64,000 nucleotides of DNA from Solirubrobacterales bacterium (GCA_044865945.1 JBIOTO010000119.1:1544-65543); one strand, 5' to 3'; numbered from the stretch's first letter, positions 48,691-57,560 are shown. Numbers and translations: made by a program. The notes: generated from the sequence alone by a model not told the origin.

Positions 48691-49865
48691 CCACTATCGC
48701 CGCACTCTTTTTCTGGCTCAGCTCTGGCCTGCTCGTCTATACGCACCTGGGCTATCCCCTGACGCTGTGGGTGCTGGTCAAACTGCGACGCCCCTCGGCG
48801 GGTGGCGACGATCGGGAGGACTCTCCCGGTAGGGAGAGCCCCCGATCGGAGACAGGACCCGCCGCCGACCCGCCCACCGTCTCCCTGATCATCCCCGCCT
48901 ACGACGAGCAAGAGGTGATCGCCGCCAAAGTAGCCAACGCGCTCGCGCTCGACTATCCGCGCGAGCGCCTGCAGATCGTCGTCGCCTCCGACGGCTCCTC
49001 CGACGCGACCGCCGAGCGCGCCCGCGCCGCCGGCGCCGACCTCGTCCTCGAGCTGCCGCCCGGCGGCAAGGTCGCCGCCCTCAACGCCGCCGCCGAGCAG
49101 GCGAGCGGCGAGCTCCTCGCCTTCTCCGACGCCAACAGCGCCTGGGCGCCCGACGCCCTGCGCCGGCTCGTCGCCCCCTTCGCCGACCCGGCGGTCGGCT
49201 ACGTCTGCGGCCAGGTCCGCTTCCTCGACCCCGGCGGCGGCAACCTCGAGGGGGCCTACTGGCGCTACGAGATGGCGGTGCGGGGGATGGAGTCGGCGCT
49301 GGCCGGGGTCACCGCCGGCAATGGCGCCATCTACGCGGTCCGTCGCGAGGCCTACATCCCGCTCGCCCCCTCCGGCAGCCACGACCTCAGCTTCCCCTTC
49401 GCCTTCGCCAAGCGCGGCCTGCGTTCGCTCTACGCGCCGGCGGCCCGGGCCGAGGAGAAGATGGTCCCCACGCTGGAGGGGGAGTTCGCCCGCAAACGGC
49501 GGATGATGGTCGGCCTCTGGGACATCGTCGTCGGCGAGGGGATGGTCTCCCCGCGCGGCTATCCGCCGCTCTTCGCCTTCGAGATCTCCTCCCATCGCCT
49601 GCTCCGCTACCTCAGCCCGCTGCTGCACCTCGTCGCGCTGGTCGCCAACGCCTTCCTTCTCGGCGATGGCTGGCTCTACACCGTCACCTTCATCCTCCAG
49701 CTCGCTCTGATCGCAGCCGCGCTGCTCGGACGGGTCCTGCCGATCGCCCCATTCCGCATCGCCCGCTACTACGTGATGACCACCGCCTCGATCGGCGCCG
49801 GCCTCTGGGACCGCTGGCGCCGGGGAGCAACCGGGCGCTGGGAGAAGGCGGAGGGCACGCGCTGA
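48687..49865 (+). CDS. membrane-associated family 2 glycosyltransferase
   Basis: It has an N-terminal TM segment, VSLIIPAYDEQEVI, VVASDGSSD, FSDANS and C-terminal TM helices. Its GTG start overlaps the upstream stop (GTGA). Confidence 0.85.
   Translation: MTTIAALFFWLSSGLLVYTHLGYPLTLWVLVKLRRPSAGGDDREDSPGRESPRSETGPAADPPTVSLIIPAYDEQEVIAAKVANALALDYPRERLQIVVASDGSSDATAERARAAGADLVLELPPGGKVAALNAAAEQASGELLAFSDANSAWAPDALRRLVAPFADPAVGYVCGQVRFLDPGGGNLEGAYWRYEMAVRGMESALAGVTAGNGAIYAVRREAYIPLAPSGSHDLSFPFAFAKRGLRSLYAPAARAEEKMVPTLEGEFARKRRMMVGLWDIVVGEGMVSPRGYPPLFAFEISSHRLLRYLSPLLHLVALVANAFLLGDGWLYTVTFILQLALIAAALLGRVLPIAPFRIARYYVMTTASIGAGLWDRWRRGATGRWEKAEGTR
48796..48864 (+). repeat. 69-bp hairpin-forming repeat, copy 2, in frame inside the GT2 gene
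   Basis: It is identical to 44850-44918, in the same orientation and the same codon phase. Confidence 0.9.
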
Positions 49866-50428
49866 TGCCGCGCGCCCTCGACATCCTCATCGCCTCTCTC
49901 GCCCTGGCGATCCTCTCGCCGGTCCTGCTCGTCGCCGCGATCGCGATCAAGCTGACCAGCCCCGGCCCGGTCGTCTACCGCCAGCGCCGCGTCGGCCTCG
50001 GCGGCCGCGAGTTCGAGATGTGGAAGCTGCGGACGATGGTCCAGGGCTCCGACCCGGTCGGCGTCGGCAAGGTCGTCTACCGCGACGACCCCCGCGTCAC
50101 CCGCCCCGGCCGGCTCCTGCGCCGCACCTCGCTCGACGAGATCCCCAACTTCGTCAACGTGCTGCGCGGGGAGATGTCGATCGTCGGCCCGCGCCCGACG
50201 ATCAAGGCCCAGGTCGACGACTACACGCCCCGGCAGAAACGCCGCCACGAGGTGCTACCCGGGATCACCGGCTGGGCCCAGGTCCAGGGCCGCGCCGGCA
50301 TCCCCTGGGAGGAGCGGATCGAGCTCGACGTCTGGTACGTCGACCACCGCTCCCTCGCCCTGGACCTCCGAATCCTCGCCCGCACCGCCCGGCTGGTCCT
50401 CACCGGCCGGGGATTGGCTCCCGACTGA
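49865..50428 (+). CDS. small (PglC-type) initiating sugar-phosphate transferase
   Basis: DILIASLALAILSPVLLVAAIAIKLTSPGPVVYRQRRVG...FEMWKLRTM...DEIPNFVNVLRGEMSIVGPRP is the bacterial sugar transferase signature. Confidence 0.88.
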   Translation: MPRALDILIASLALAILSPVLLVAAIAIKLTSPGPVVYRQRRVGLGGREFEMWKLRTMVQGSDPVGVGKVVYRDDPRVTRPGRLLRRTSLDEIPNFVNVLRGEMSIVGPRPTIKAQVDDYTPRQKRRHEVLPGITGWAQVQGRAGIPWEERIELDVWYVDHRSLALDLRILARTARLVLTGRGLAPD

Positions 50429-50436
50429 GCCAAGGT

Positions 50437-50949
50437 TCAGCCCTGGAGGACCGAGGGGTCCGCGACCGCCAGCCCCACCGCTGCCAGCCCGGCTACTCCA
50501 AAGCAGAGCAGGCTCGTCACCCAGAGCCTCGCCGACCGGCCTTGGGTAAACCAGTTGTCGATCAACCTGTTTTCGATTGCTCTCGCTCGCACGTCGGGAG
50601 CGTCGTGAGGGTTGGCACCGGTTCCGATCGAGATCCCTGCGACGACCTCCATCTCCTTGAGGATCAGGTTGTCGGTCTTCTCGTTGGCTCGGTGCTTGAG
50701 CATCGTCTGGATCGCGACCGTGGCGACCACTGCCGCCAGTGCACCCGAGACGCAGCGGGCGACTTGGCTGCTGGTAGGTCCATAGGCGATGGTCAGCAAG
50801 AAAGCCTGGGCGGCGAGGCCGAGGGTTGGGACCTGCCACATCAGAGTGTCGAAGGCGGTGCGGCGAGACGCGATCGTGGAATAGACCGCACCGAACAGCT
50901 CCGTGGGTACCTCGACCTTTGGCCTCTTCCCGTCCCCAGCGTCTCCCAT
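50437..50949 (-). CDS. hypothetical membrane protein (2-3 TM)
   Basis: I recognise no domain. It has visibly more A/T-ending codons than the neighbouring genes. Confidence 0.45.
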   Translation of the reverse strand: MGDAGDGKRPKVEVPTELFGAVYSTIASRRTAFDTLMWQVPTLGLAAQAFLLTIAYGPTSSQVARCVSGALAAVVATVAIQTMLKHRANEKTDNLILKEMEVVAGISIGTGANPHDAPDVRARAIENRLIDNWFTQGRSARLWVTSLLCFGVAGLAAVGLAVADPSVLQG

Positions 50950-50994
50950 CAGCCGGGGATCCTAGTTTGCGACAGTCGTGCGTCCCTGACGTGC

Positions 50995-51125
50995 GACTAG
51001 GAGGGATTGGCGAACCTCTGAATTCAGGGGACCAATGGCGAATTGATGTCGCTATAGGCATGTCAACTCACCAATCGAGCCGCATGCTGGACTGAGCTGG
51101 CAGGTTTCTCCAATCCCTCCTAGTC
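50995..51125. repeat. 131-bp element bounded by perfect 16-bp inverted repeats (GACTAGGAGGGATTGG ... CCAATCCCTCCTAGTC)
   Basis: Read directly. The interior has lower GC and contains the palindrome CTGAATTCAG (51018-51027). The existence of the inverted repeat is certain; its nature (MITE-like element, regulatory hairpin or paired operators) is not. Confidence 0.7.
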
Positions 51126-51134
51126 TTCCGGACG

Positions 51135-51686
51135 ATGAGCGCCGACCGTCCCGCCGTCAGCCTGCGCCCGTTCCAGCCTGGCGACGCCGCCGCCGTACAC
51201 CGCTGGTTCAACAACCCACAGGCGACGCAGACGCTGATGGAGCAGCGCGACGAGTTCACCCTCGCCCAGGCCGAGGCCTGGGCCGAGCGGGCGATGGACG
51301 ACTCTGGCGAGGACCGCAAGTTCGCGATCGTCGTCGAGGGCTACGAGCAGCCGGTCGGCTTCACCGCCCTCTACGGCCTCTTCCGCCAGACCGCCCCCGA
51401 GCTCGGCGCCCTGATCGGCGACGACGTGCGCGGCAAGGGCGTCGGCCGCCGCGCCGAGGCGCTGACGATCGCCAAGGCCTTCGACGAGTACGGCGCCCAC
51501 CGTGTCTACGGCCGCATCCCCGCCCGCAACGAGGTGGCGAAGAAGACCGTCGCCGGACTCGGCTGGAAGCACGAGGGGACGATGCGCGCCCACCTCGCTC
51601 GCCGCGACGCCCCCGCCGACGACTGCGAGGTCTGGGGCGTGCTGCCGGACGAGTTCCGGGCCGCCGCCGCGGACCTGCTCGAGTGA
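51135..51686 (+). CDS. GNAT family N-acetyltransferase (RimJ/RimL-like)
   Basis: It contains LRPFQPGDAAAVHRWFNNPQ... and ...GDDVRGKGVGRRA. Confidence 0.8.
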   Translation: MSADRPAVSLRPFQPGDAAAVHRWFNNPQATQTLMEQRDEFTLAQAEAWAERAMDDSGEDRKFAIVVEGYEQPVGFTALYGLFRQTAPELGALIGDDVRGKGVGRRAEALTIAKAFDEYGAHRVYGRIPARNEVAKKTVAGLGWKHEGTMRAHLARRDAPADDCEVWGVLPDEFRAAAADLLE

Positions 51687-52621
51687 GCGCCACCGCTGCC
51701 AGGGCCGAGCTGATCGAGGACGGCGGCGCGTCTGCCGCCGATGACCACTTCTTTCGCTCGCGCGCCTTCCTCGGAGCCGAGGGCGCCACCCACACGCTGC
51801 GGATCGAGACCGACGAGGGCGAGCTCGTCGCCCCGCTGATCGTCCGCGAGATCGAGGGCACGGGCGAGCGCGACGCGATCTCCCCCTACGGCTATCCCGG
51901 CCTGGTCGGACCGATCGAGGGCCTCGACCCCGCCGCGATCGACTTCGCCGCCACCGGCCTCGTCAGCGCCTTCGTCCGCCACGCCCTCGGCCCCTCGCCG
52001 CTGGCCGGCGCCAGCGAGCGCAACGTCGTCCGGATCGCAGACCCCGAGCTGCCGCCGAAGAGCCGGCCCAGCGACCGCCGCCAGGTCCGCCGCAACCTCG
52101 ACGCCGGCTACCTCCTCGACCTCGTCCCCGGCGGCGAGACCACCCCCGCGCAGCGCGCCGGCTTTCTCGGCGTCTACGAGCAGACGATGCGGCGCGCCGA
52201 CGCCGCCCCGCACTACTTCTTCGGCGCCGCCTACTTCGACCGCGTCCTCGAAGCCGAGCACACCTGGCTCGCCCTGGCGACCGATGCCGACGGCACCCTC
52301 GCTGCCGCTTCGATCGCCGCGGTCAGCGACGGCTACCTCCACTACTACCTCAGCGGCAGCGCCGACTCGCACCTGCGCGAGGCGCCGATGAAGAACGTCG
52401 TCACCCGCCTGGTCGAGCACGCGGCCGAGCTCGGTCTGCCGCTCAACCTCGGCGGCGGCATCGCCCCCGGCGACGCGCTGGAGGAGTTCAAGCGCGGCTT
52501 CGCCAACCGCCAGCAGCCCTGGCTCACCTCGGAGCTGATCTGCGACGCCGAGGCCTATGCCCGTCTCAGCCGAGGCCGCGAGGCAGGGAGCTTCTTCCCC
52601 GCCTACCGCGCTAGGAGCTAG
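51683..52621 (+). CDS. FemAB-like / Acetyltransf_6 (GNAT-fold) protein
   Basis: This is a weak recognition based on the ...HYYLSGSAD...MKNV... pattern typical of FemAB-like GNAT proteins. Its GTG start overlaps the upstream stop. Confidence 0.45.
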   Translation: MSATAARAELIEDGGASAADDHFFRSRAFLGAEGATHTLRIETDEGELVAPLIVREIEGTGERDAISPYGYPGLVGPIEGLDPAAIDFAATGLVSAFVRHALGPSPLAGASERNVVRIADPELPPKSRPSDRRQVRRNLDAGYLLDLVPGGETTPAQRAGFLGVYEQTMRRADAAPHYFFGAAYFDRVLEAEHTWLALATDADGTLAAASIAAVSDGYLHYYLSGSADSHLREAPMKNVVTRLVEHAAELGLPLNLGGGIAPGDALEEFKRGFANRQQPWLTSELICDAEAYARLSRGREAGSFFPAYRARS

Positions 52622-53427
52622 CTGCTCGGTTCGTCGGGTTCGGCCGGGGTCGGGCCGGTGAATTTGAAGGCGAAGACAGGCTCGCCGCCGTATTTGCCCC
52701 AGGTTTCCTTGCCGAAGGCGCGGATCGCGTCGAGCGTCGGCTGGCCTTTGTATTCGCGGCAGGTGAGCGTGTTGGTCCAGGTGGCGACGGCCACGTCGTA
52801 GACCATCTCGTCGTAGGGGAACATCAGCGCCGCGCCGTACATCGTGTCGTAGAGCCCCTTCAGTTCCAGCTGGGCTTTCTCCGGCAGGTCCGACGAGTAC
52901 TCGATCGCCATCCGGCCGTGCTCAAGCGAGTGCACCACGTCGAGCTGCTGCGGTTCCTCGGAGTAGGCGCCGTCGGCCTGCTGGTACGGCGGTTCGACGT
53001 GGTTGCCGGAGCTCGGCGGGCTCGTCTTGTAGACGGGCGGCTGCGAGTTCCGCGGCAGGTGGGTATGACCCTCGTCCGGAAGTTTCAGCCGCACTTCGCA
53101 GCCCGCTTTGTCGGCCGCGGTTTTCAGATTGGTGATCCTGGCCGCGGCGGGAACGATCCCGGCGCGCTCGTCCGGCGAGATCCCGTTGGTGTTGCCGTAG
53201 TTTTCGTCGCCGTTGATGTGGGCGCCGCCGTCATCGGTGTTGCCGTTACCGCTGCTGTCGTCGCCGCCGCTGACGAGGACGAAGACCAGCACCGCGATCG
53301 CGAGCACCACCGTGGAGGCGATCGCGTAGCCGACGATCATGCGGTTGCCGCCGCCGCGCGATTCGCGTTCTTCGGCGGCGATCCGCTCTTCGCGCAGCCG
53401 CTCTCTTTCGCGCTCACCCTTACCCAT
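52618..53427 (-). CDS. DUF3105 domain membrane-anchored protein
   Basis: It has an N-terminal TM segment and the core YKTSPPSSGNH...VHSLEHGRMAIEY. Confidence 0.72.
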   Translation of the reverse strand: MGKGERERERLREERIAAEERESRGGGNRMIVGYAIASTVVLAIAVLVFVLVSGGDDSSGNGNTDDGGAHINGDENYGNTNGISPDERAGIVPAAARITNLKTAADKAGCEVRLKLPDEGHTHLPRNSQPPVYKTSPPSSGNHVEPPYQQADGAYSEEPQQLDVVHSLEHGRMAIEYSSDLPEKAQLELKGLYDTMYGAALMFPYDEMVYDVAVATWTNTLTCREYKGQPTLDAIRAFGKETWGKYGGEPVFAFKFTGPTPAEPDEPSS

Positions 53428-53437
53428 GGCTCAAAGG

Positions 53438-54355
53438 TTAATCCGCTCGCTCCATTTCGGCAGCGTCCCCTCGCACCCGCTCCCACGGCCGCGACGCTTT
53501 CAGCGCCCCGAGCACTGCCCGCGTCGCCGCCGCCCGGTTGAGCGCGTAGAAGTGAATTCCCGGCGCGCCGGCGATCAGCAGCTCGGCGCACTGCTGGGCG
53601 GCGAAGGCGATCCCGAGCTCGAACTCGCGCTCTGGATCGCCACCGGCGGCTTCGAAGGCGGCTTCCAGCGGCGCCGGAATCGTCGCGTCGCAGAGGTCGC
53701 AGATCCGCTTCGTCTGGGCGAAGCTGGCGACGGGGATCACCCCGGCCAGGATCGGCACCTCGATCCCCCGCTCGCGCGCGGCCCGGACGAAGTCGAAGTA
53801 GACCTGGTTGTCGAAGAAGAGCTGGGTGATGAGGAAGCCGGCGCCGGAGTCGACCTTGGTCTTCAGGTAGCGCAGGTCGGTCTCGAGGTCGGGAGCCTCC
53901 GGGTGCACCTCCGGGAAGCAGGCGCCGCCGATCCCGAAGTTCCAGCCGGCGGAGATGAAGGCGGCCAGCTCGGCCGCGCTCCCCAGCCCGCCCTCGGGCT
54001 GGACGAAGTCCTCCTGGCCCCGCGGCGGGTCGCCGCGCAGGGCGAAGACGTTCTCGATCCCCGCCGCCGCGATCCGGTCGAGCGTCGCCCCCAGCCCCTC
54101 GGTGGTCTCGCCGACGCAGCTGAGGTGGGCCATCGTCTCGAACCCGATCTCGTCCTTCAGCGCCTTGGTGATCTCCACGGTGCCGTCGCGGGTCGAGCCG
54201 CCGGCACCGTAGGTGACGGAGACGAAGTCCGGCTCCAGCGCCCGCAGCTCGCGCGCCGTCTCGTAGAGCTGCTCGGTCGCCTCCGCCGTCTTCGGCGGGA
54301 AGAACTCGACCGAGAAGGTCGGCCGCTGCTCAGAGATGATTTCGTCAATCCGCAC
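53438..54355 (-). CDS. metF: methylenetetrahydrofolate reductase
   Basis: It contains FSVEFFPPKT, VTYGAGGSTR and the TIM-barrel MetF motifs. Confidence 0.9.
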   Translation of the reverse strand: MRIDEIISEQRPTFSVEFFPPKTAEATEQLYETARELRALEPDFVSVTYGAGGSTRDGTVEITKALKDEIGFETMAHLSCVGETTEGLGATLDRIAAAGIENVFALRGDPPRGQEDFVQPEGGLGSAAELAAFISAGWNFGIGGACFPEVHPEAPDLETDLRYLKTKVDSGAGFLITQLFFDNQVYFDFVRAARERGIEVPILAGVIPVASFAQTKRICDLCDATIPAPLEAAFEAAGGDPEREFELGIAFAAQQCAELLIAGAPGIHFYALNRAAATRAVLGALKASRPWERVRGDAAEMERAD

Positions 54356-54377
54356 CCGGAGAGGGTAACCGGACCGA

Positions 54378-55757
54378 TCAGCCGCGGGCCTTCACCCGCG
54401 CTTCGAAGTAGGCCTGGATCTCCTCCAGGTGCTTGCCCTTCGTCTCCGGCACCAGCTTCCAGCAGAAGATCAAGGTGAGGACGCCGACGCCGCCGTAGAA
54501 CCAGAAGGCGCCGGACTGGCCGAGCGCTTCGATCAACAGCAGGAAGGTGAGCGAGACGATGAAGTTGAACGTCCAGTTGGCCATCGTCCCGATCCCGGCC
54601 GCCTTGCTGCGCACGCTGAGCGGATAGATCTCGGCGTTCAGCAACCAGAAGATCGGCCCGAGGCTGATCGCGAAGGAAGCCACGTAGGTCATCAGGCTGG
54701 CGATCGCCAGGACCGAGCCGAAGGTGCCGCCACCGCCGACCTCGAAAGCTAGCCCGAGGGAGAAGAGCGAGATCACCATCCCGGAGACGCCGATCATCAG
54801 CAGGGTGCGGCGGCCGGCGCGGTCGAGCAGGCGCAGCGCCACGACGGTCATCGCGACGTTGATCACCCCGACCCCGACGGCGGCGAGGATCGAGCCGGCC
54901 GAGGAGTCGACGCCGGTGAATTCGACGATCGTCGGGGCGTAGTAGATGACCGTGTTGATGCCGGTGACCTGCTGCAGGATCGCCAGCCCGACGCCGACCA
55001 CCAGCGCCGCCTTCACAACCGGCTGCAGCAGCTCGCTCCACTGGCCGGGCTTCTCCTCGATGCTCTCTTTGATCTCCTCGATCTCGCGGTCGATCGTGTC
55101 GGGGTCATCGACCCGGATCTTCGCCAGCGTCGCCCGCGCCGCGAAGTCGTCGCCGGACATCACCAGCCAGCGCGGGCTCTGCGGCATCCGCACCATCCCG
55201 AAGGCGAGGGCGAGGGCCGGCACGCAGCCGAGCCCCAGCATCCAGCGCCAGCCTTCGACGTGGTCGAAGGCGAGGCCGACCAGGTAGGCGACGAGGATGC
55301 CGATCGTCACCGCCAGCTGGAAGAAGCTGACGAGGCGGCCGCGACTCTCCGGCGGCGCGACCTCGGAGATGTAGACGGGGGCGGCCGCCGAGGCGAGGCC
55401 GATCGCGACCCCGATCACGACGCGGGCGATGACCAGCACCTCCACGCCGGGCGCCGCCGCGCTGGCCAGCGCCCCGACGATGAAGACCGCGGCGGCGATG
55501 AGGATCATCAGCCGGCGTCCGTAGGTGTCCGCCGCGGGCCCCGCGATCGCCGCCCCGGCGACGGCGCCGATCGGCACCGCGGCGACGACCAATCCCTGGG
55601 CGAAGCTGCCGAGGTCGAAGTCGGTCTTGATGAAGAGCAGGGCGCCGGCGATGACACCGGTGTCGTAGCCGAACAGCAGTCCGCCGAGCCCGGCGATCGC
55701 CGCCGTCAGGACCACGTTGCGCCGCGCCCGCCGCGCGGACGCCTCCGATCCCTCCAT
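54378..55757 (-). CDS. MFS sugar porter family transporter
   Basis: It contains GLLFGYDTGVIAGAL, GRR..., PESPRWL-like MPQSPRWL and PETKG, and has 12 TM segments. Confidence 0.9.
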   Translation of the reverse strand: MEGSEASARRARRNVVLTAAIAGLGGLLFGYDTGVIAGALLFIKTDFDLGSFAQGLVVAAVPIGAVAGAAIAGPAADTYGRRLMILIAAAVFIVGALASAAAPGVEVLVIARVVIGVAIGLASAAAPVYISEVAPPESRGRLVSFFQLAVTIGILVAYLVGLAFDHVEGWRWMLGLGCVPALALAFGMVRMPQSPRWLVMSGDDFAARATLAKIRVDDPDTIDREIEEIKESIEEKPGQWSELLQPVVKAALVVGVGLAILQQVTGINTVIYYAPTIVEFTGVDSSAGSILAAVGVGVINVAMTVVALRLLDRAGRRTLLMIGVSGMVISLFSLGLAFEVGGGGTFGSVLAIASLMTYVASFAISLGPIFWLLNAEIYPLSVRSKAAGIGTMANWTFNFIVSLTFLLLIEALGQSGAFWFYGGVGVLTLIFCWKLVPETKGKHLEEIQAYFEARVKARG

Positions 55758-56184
55758 CGTCAGGAAAACCTATCCGGCCGTACGGCGGCCGCGAAGCCAG
55801 CGATACCTACGGTGTTTGCGGGAAGGTTGTGAGGCGACCCCTAGCGCGGCGACCGAGGCGGGGCTATGTTCGTTTTGTGACCGGGAGAGACCGGGTCCCG
55901 CGGAAGCCAAGCGGGAGGAAGGTCTCGAAGGTGACGCCACGAGCTTCTGAACGCGAAGGCTACGCGCGAGGCAGGCAACGAGCGTCATCCCCGGTCCGTT
56001 TTCGTTGTCCGCGGCGGCGCCTAACGTTGCGCCCTGATCTCGGGTGTCCTGCCCTTCCGAGGTCGGCGACCGGGGCGCACTTCTGGGAGCCGGGCGTCGC
56101 CGCGAACCCCGTGACCCGCGCCGCGACTAGCCCGCCCGCTCCCGCTTTTGAGCAGACAGCCGCAGGTGTGGAACGATCCGCGGC

Positions 56185-56937
56185 ATGAGCGACGAAGTGC
56201 GTTACGAGCGGCGGGGTGCGGCGGCGGTCCTGACGATCGACCGCTCGGAGCGCCGCAACGCGGTCGACGCCGCCACGGCCACCGCCCTGCGCCAGGGCCT
56301 GGAGGAGTTCGAGGCCGATGCGGACGCTCGCGTCCTCGTCCTCACCGGCGCCGGCGGCGAGGCCTTCTGCGCTGGCGCCGACCTGAAGGCGATCGACCTC
56401 GACGTCGACCACCCGGCGGGCCCGATGGGCTTCACCCGCCTCACCCCCTCCAAGCCGACGATCGCCGCGATCGAGGGCTGGTGCTTGGCTGGAGGTCTCG
56501 AGCTGGCGCTCTGGTGCGACCTGCGGATCGCCACCTCCAACTCGGTCTTTGGCTGCTTCGAGCGCCGCTGGGGAGTGCCGCTGATCGACGGCGGAACGCA
56601 GCGACTGCCGCGCACCGTGGGGATGGGCCGGGCGATGGAGATGATCCTCACCGGCCGCCCGGTGGACGCGGAGGAGGCGCGGCGGATCGGCCTTGTCACC
56701 GAGACGGTCGACCCGGGCCTGCACCTGGACCGGTCACTCGAATTGGCTGAGAAGCTCGCCGAATTCCCCCAGGAGACGATGCTGAGCGACCGCCGCGCCG
56801 CGATCGAGGGCGCCGGCCTGCCGCTTGCCGCCGGCTTGGAGCTGGAGCACCGCCTCGGCCGCGAGGTCCTCGACGTTGCCGCCGAGGGGGCGTCTCGCTT
56901 CGCCGCCGGCGAAGGTCGCCACGGCCAGGGCCTGTAG
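56185..56937 (+). CDS. enoyl-CoA hydratase/isomerase (crotonase) family protein
   Basis: It contains LTIDRSERRNAVD, VLTGAGGEAFCAGADLK and GWCLAGGLELALWCDLR. Confidence 0.88.
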   Translation: MSDEVRYERRGAAAVLTIDRSERRNAVDAATATALRQGLEEFEADADARVLVLTGAGGEAFCAGADLKAIDLDVDHPAGPMGFTRLTPSKPTIAAIEGWCLAGGLELALWCDLRIATSNSVFGCFERRWGVPLIDGGTQRLPRTVGMGRAMEMILTGRPVDAEEARRIGLVTETVDPGLHLDRSLELAEKLAEFPQETMLSDRRAAIEGAGLPLAAGLELEHRLGREVLDVAAEGASRFAAGEGRHGQGL

Positions 56938-56938
56938 G

Positions 56939-57532
56939 TCAGACCGCGTCGAAGCCGAGCTCGGCGGACGCCTCCTCCGCCCCGAAGTAGGGCAGCACCG
57001 CCAGGTACATCAACTCCGGCAGCAGCAGCCCGAAGCCATCTTCCTGTTCTCCCGTCAGGCGGGTGTGAAGGACCGCGAGGATGCCGGCGACCACTGCCTC
57101 GGCCGAGATGGCCGGCGCCCCCCCGTCGCCTTCCTGCCGGGCAAGGTCGATCAGCTTCGCGGCGCGCACCATCGCTTCGGTGCGCTTCTCGACCGCCCGT
57201 GGGCCGGCGGCGTGGACCTCGACCAAGAGCGCCCGCCCGATCAGCGGTCGGCTGTCGAGAAAGTCGAGCAGTCCCCGCAGCGATCCCCGCATCCGGCCGC
57301 GCCAGCTCGACTCCTCTGCCGCCGCGGCTTCGCGCATTGCCGACTCCGCCCAAATCGCGCCGGTGTCGAGCGCCTGCAGATAGCAGTCCTCCTTGGAGCT
57401 GAAGCTGTCGTAGAAGGCTTGCCGGTAAAGGCCGGCAGCCTCAATCGCGTCCTGGACCGTGGTCTGCTCATAACCTCGTCTGCCCACTGCCTCGAGCATT
57501 CCTTCGAGAATGCGCTCACGCTTTCCGGTCAA
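56939..57532 (-). CDS. TetR family transcriptional regulator (paralogue 1)
   Basis: It has the N-terminal HTH RILEGMLEAVGRRGYEQTTVQDAIEAAGLYRQAFYDSFSSKEDCY. Confidence 0.85.
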   Translation of the reverse strand: MTGKRERILEGMLEAVGRRGYEQTTVQDAIEAAGLYRQAFYDSFSSKEDCYLQALDTGAIWAESAMREAAAAEESSWRGRMRGSLRGLLDFLDSRPLIGRALLVEVHAAGPRAVEKRTEAMVRAAKLIDLARQEGDGGAPAISAEAVVAGILAVLHTRLTGEQEDGFGLLLPELMYLAVLPYFGAEEASAELGFDAV

Positions 57533-57560
57533 AGTCCCCGCCCGGTTGTTTTCAAGTAAT

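Noticed and set aside
55758-56184. Known structured RNAs (RNase P RNA, tmRNA, SRP RNA, 6S, cobalamin/TPP/SAM/guanidine riboswitches) in the long gap
   Set aside because: I could not find the diagnostic strings: GAGGAAAGTCCGG for RNase P, a tag-peptide ORF with a tRNA-like end for tmRNA, the GGAAG...AGCAGCC SRP motif, the B12 box GCCACTG, or the TPP CTGAGA plus ACCTGATCTGGATAATGCCAGCG. The partial resemblances (GGGAGGAAGGTCTCG, CCTGATCTCGGG) are too weak. The region is reported only as an unassigned candidate.
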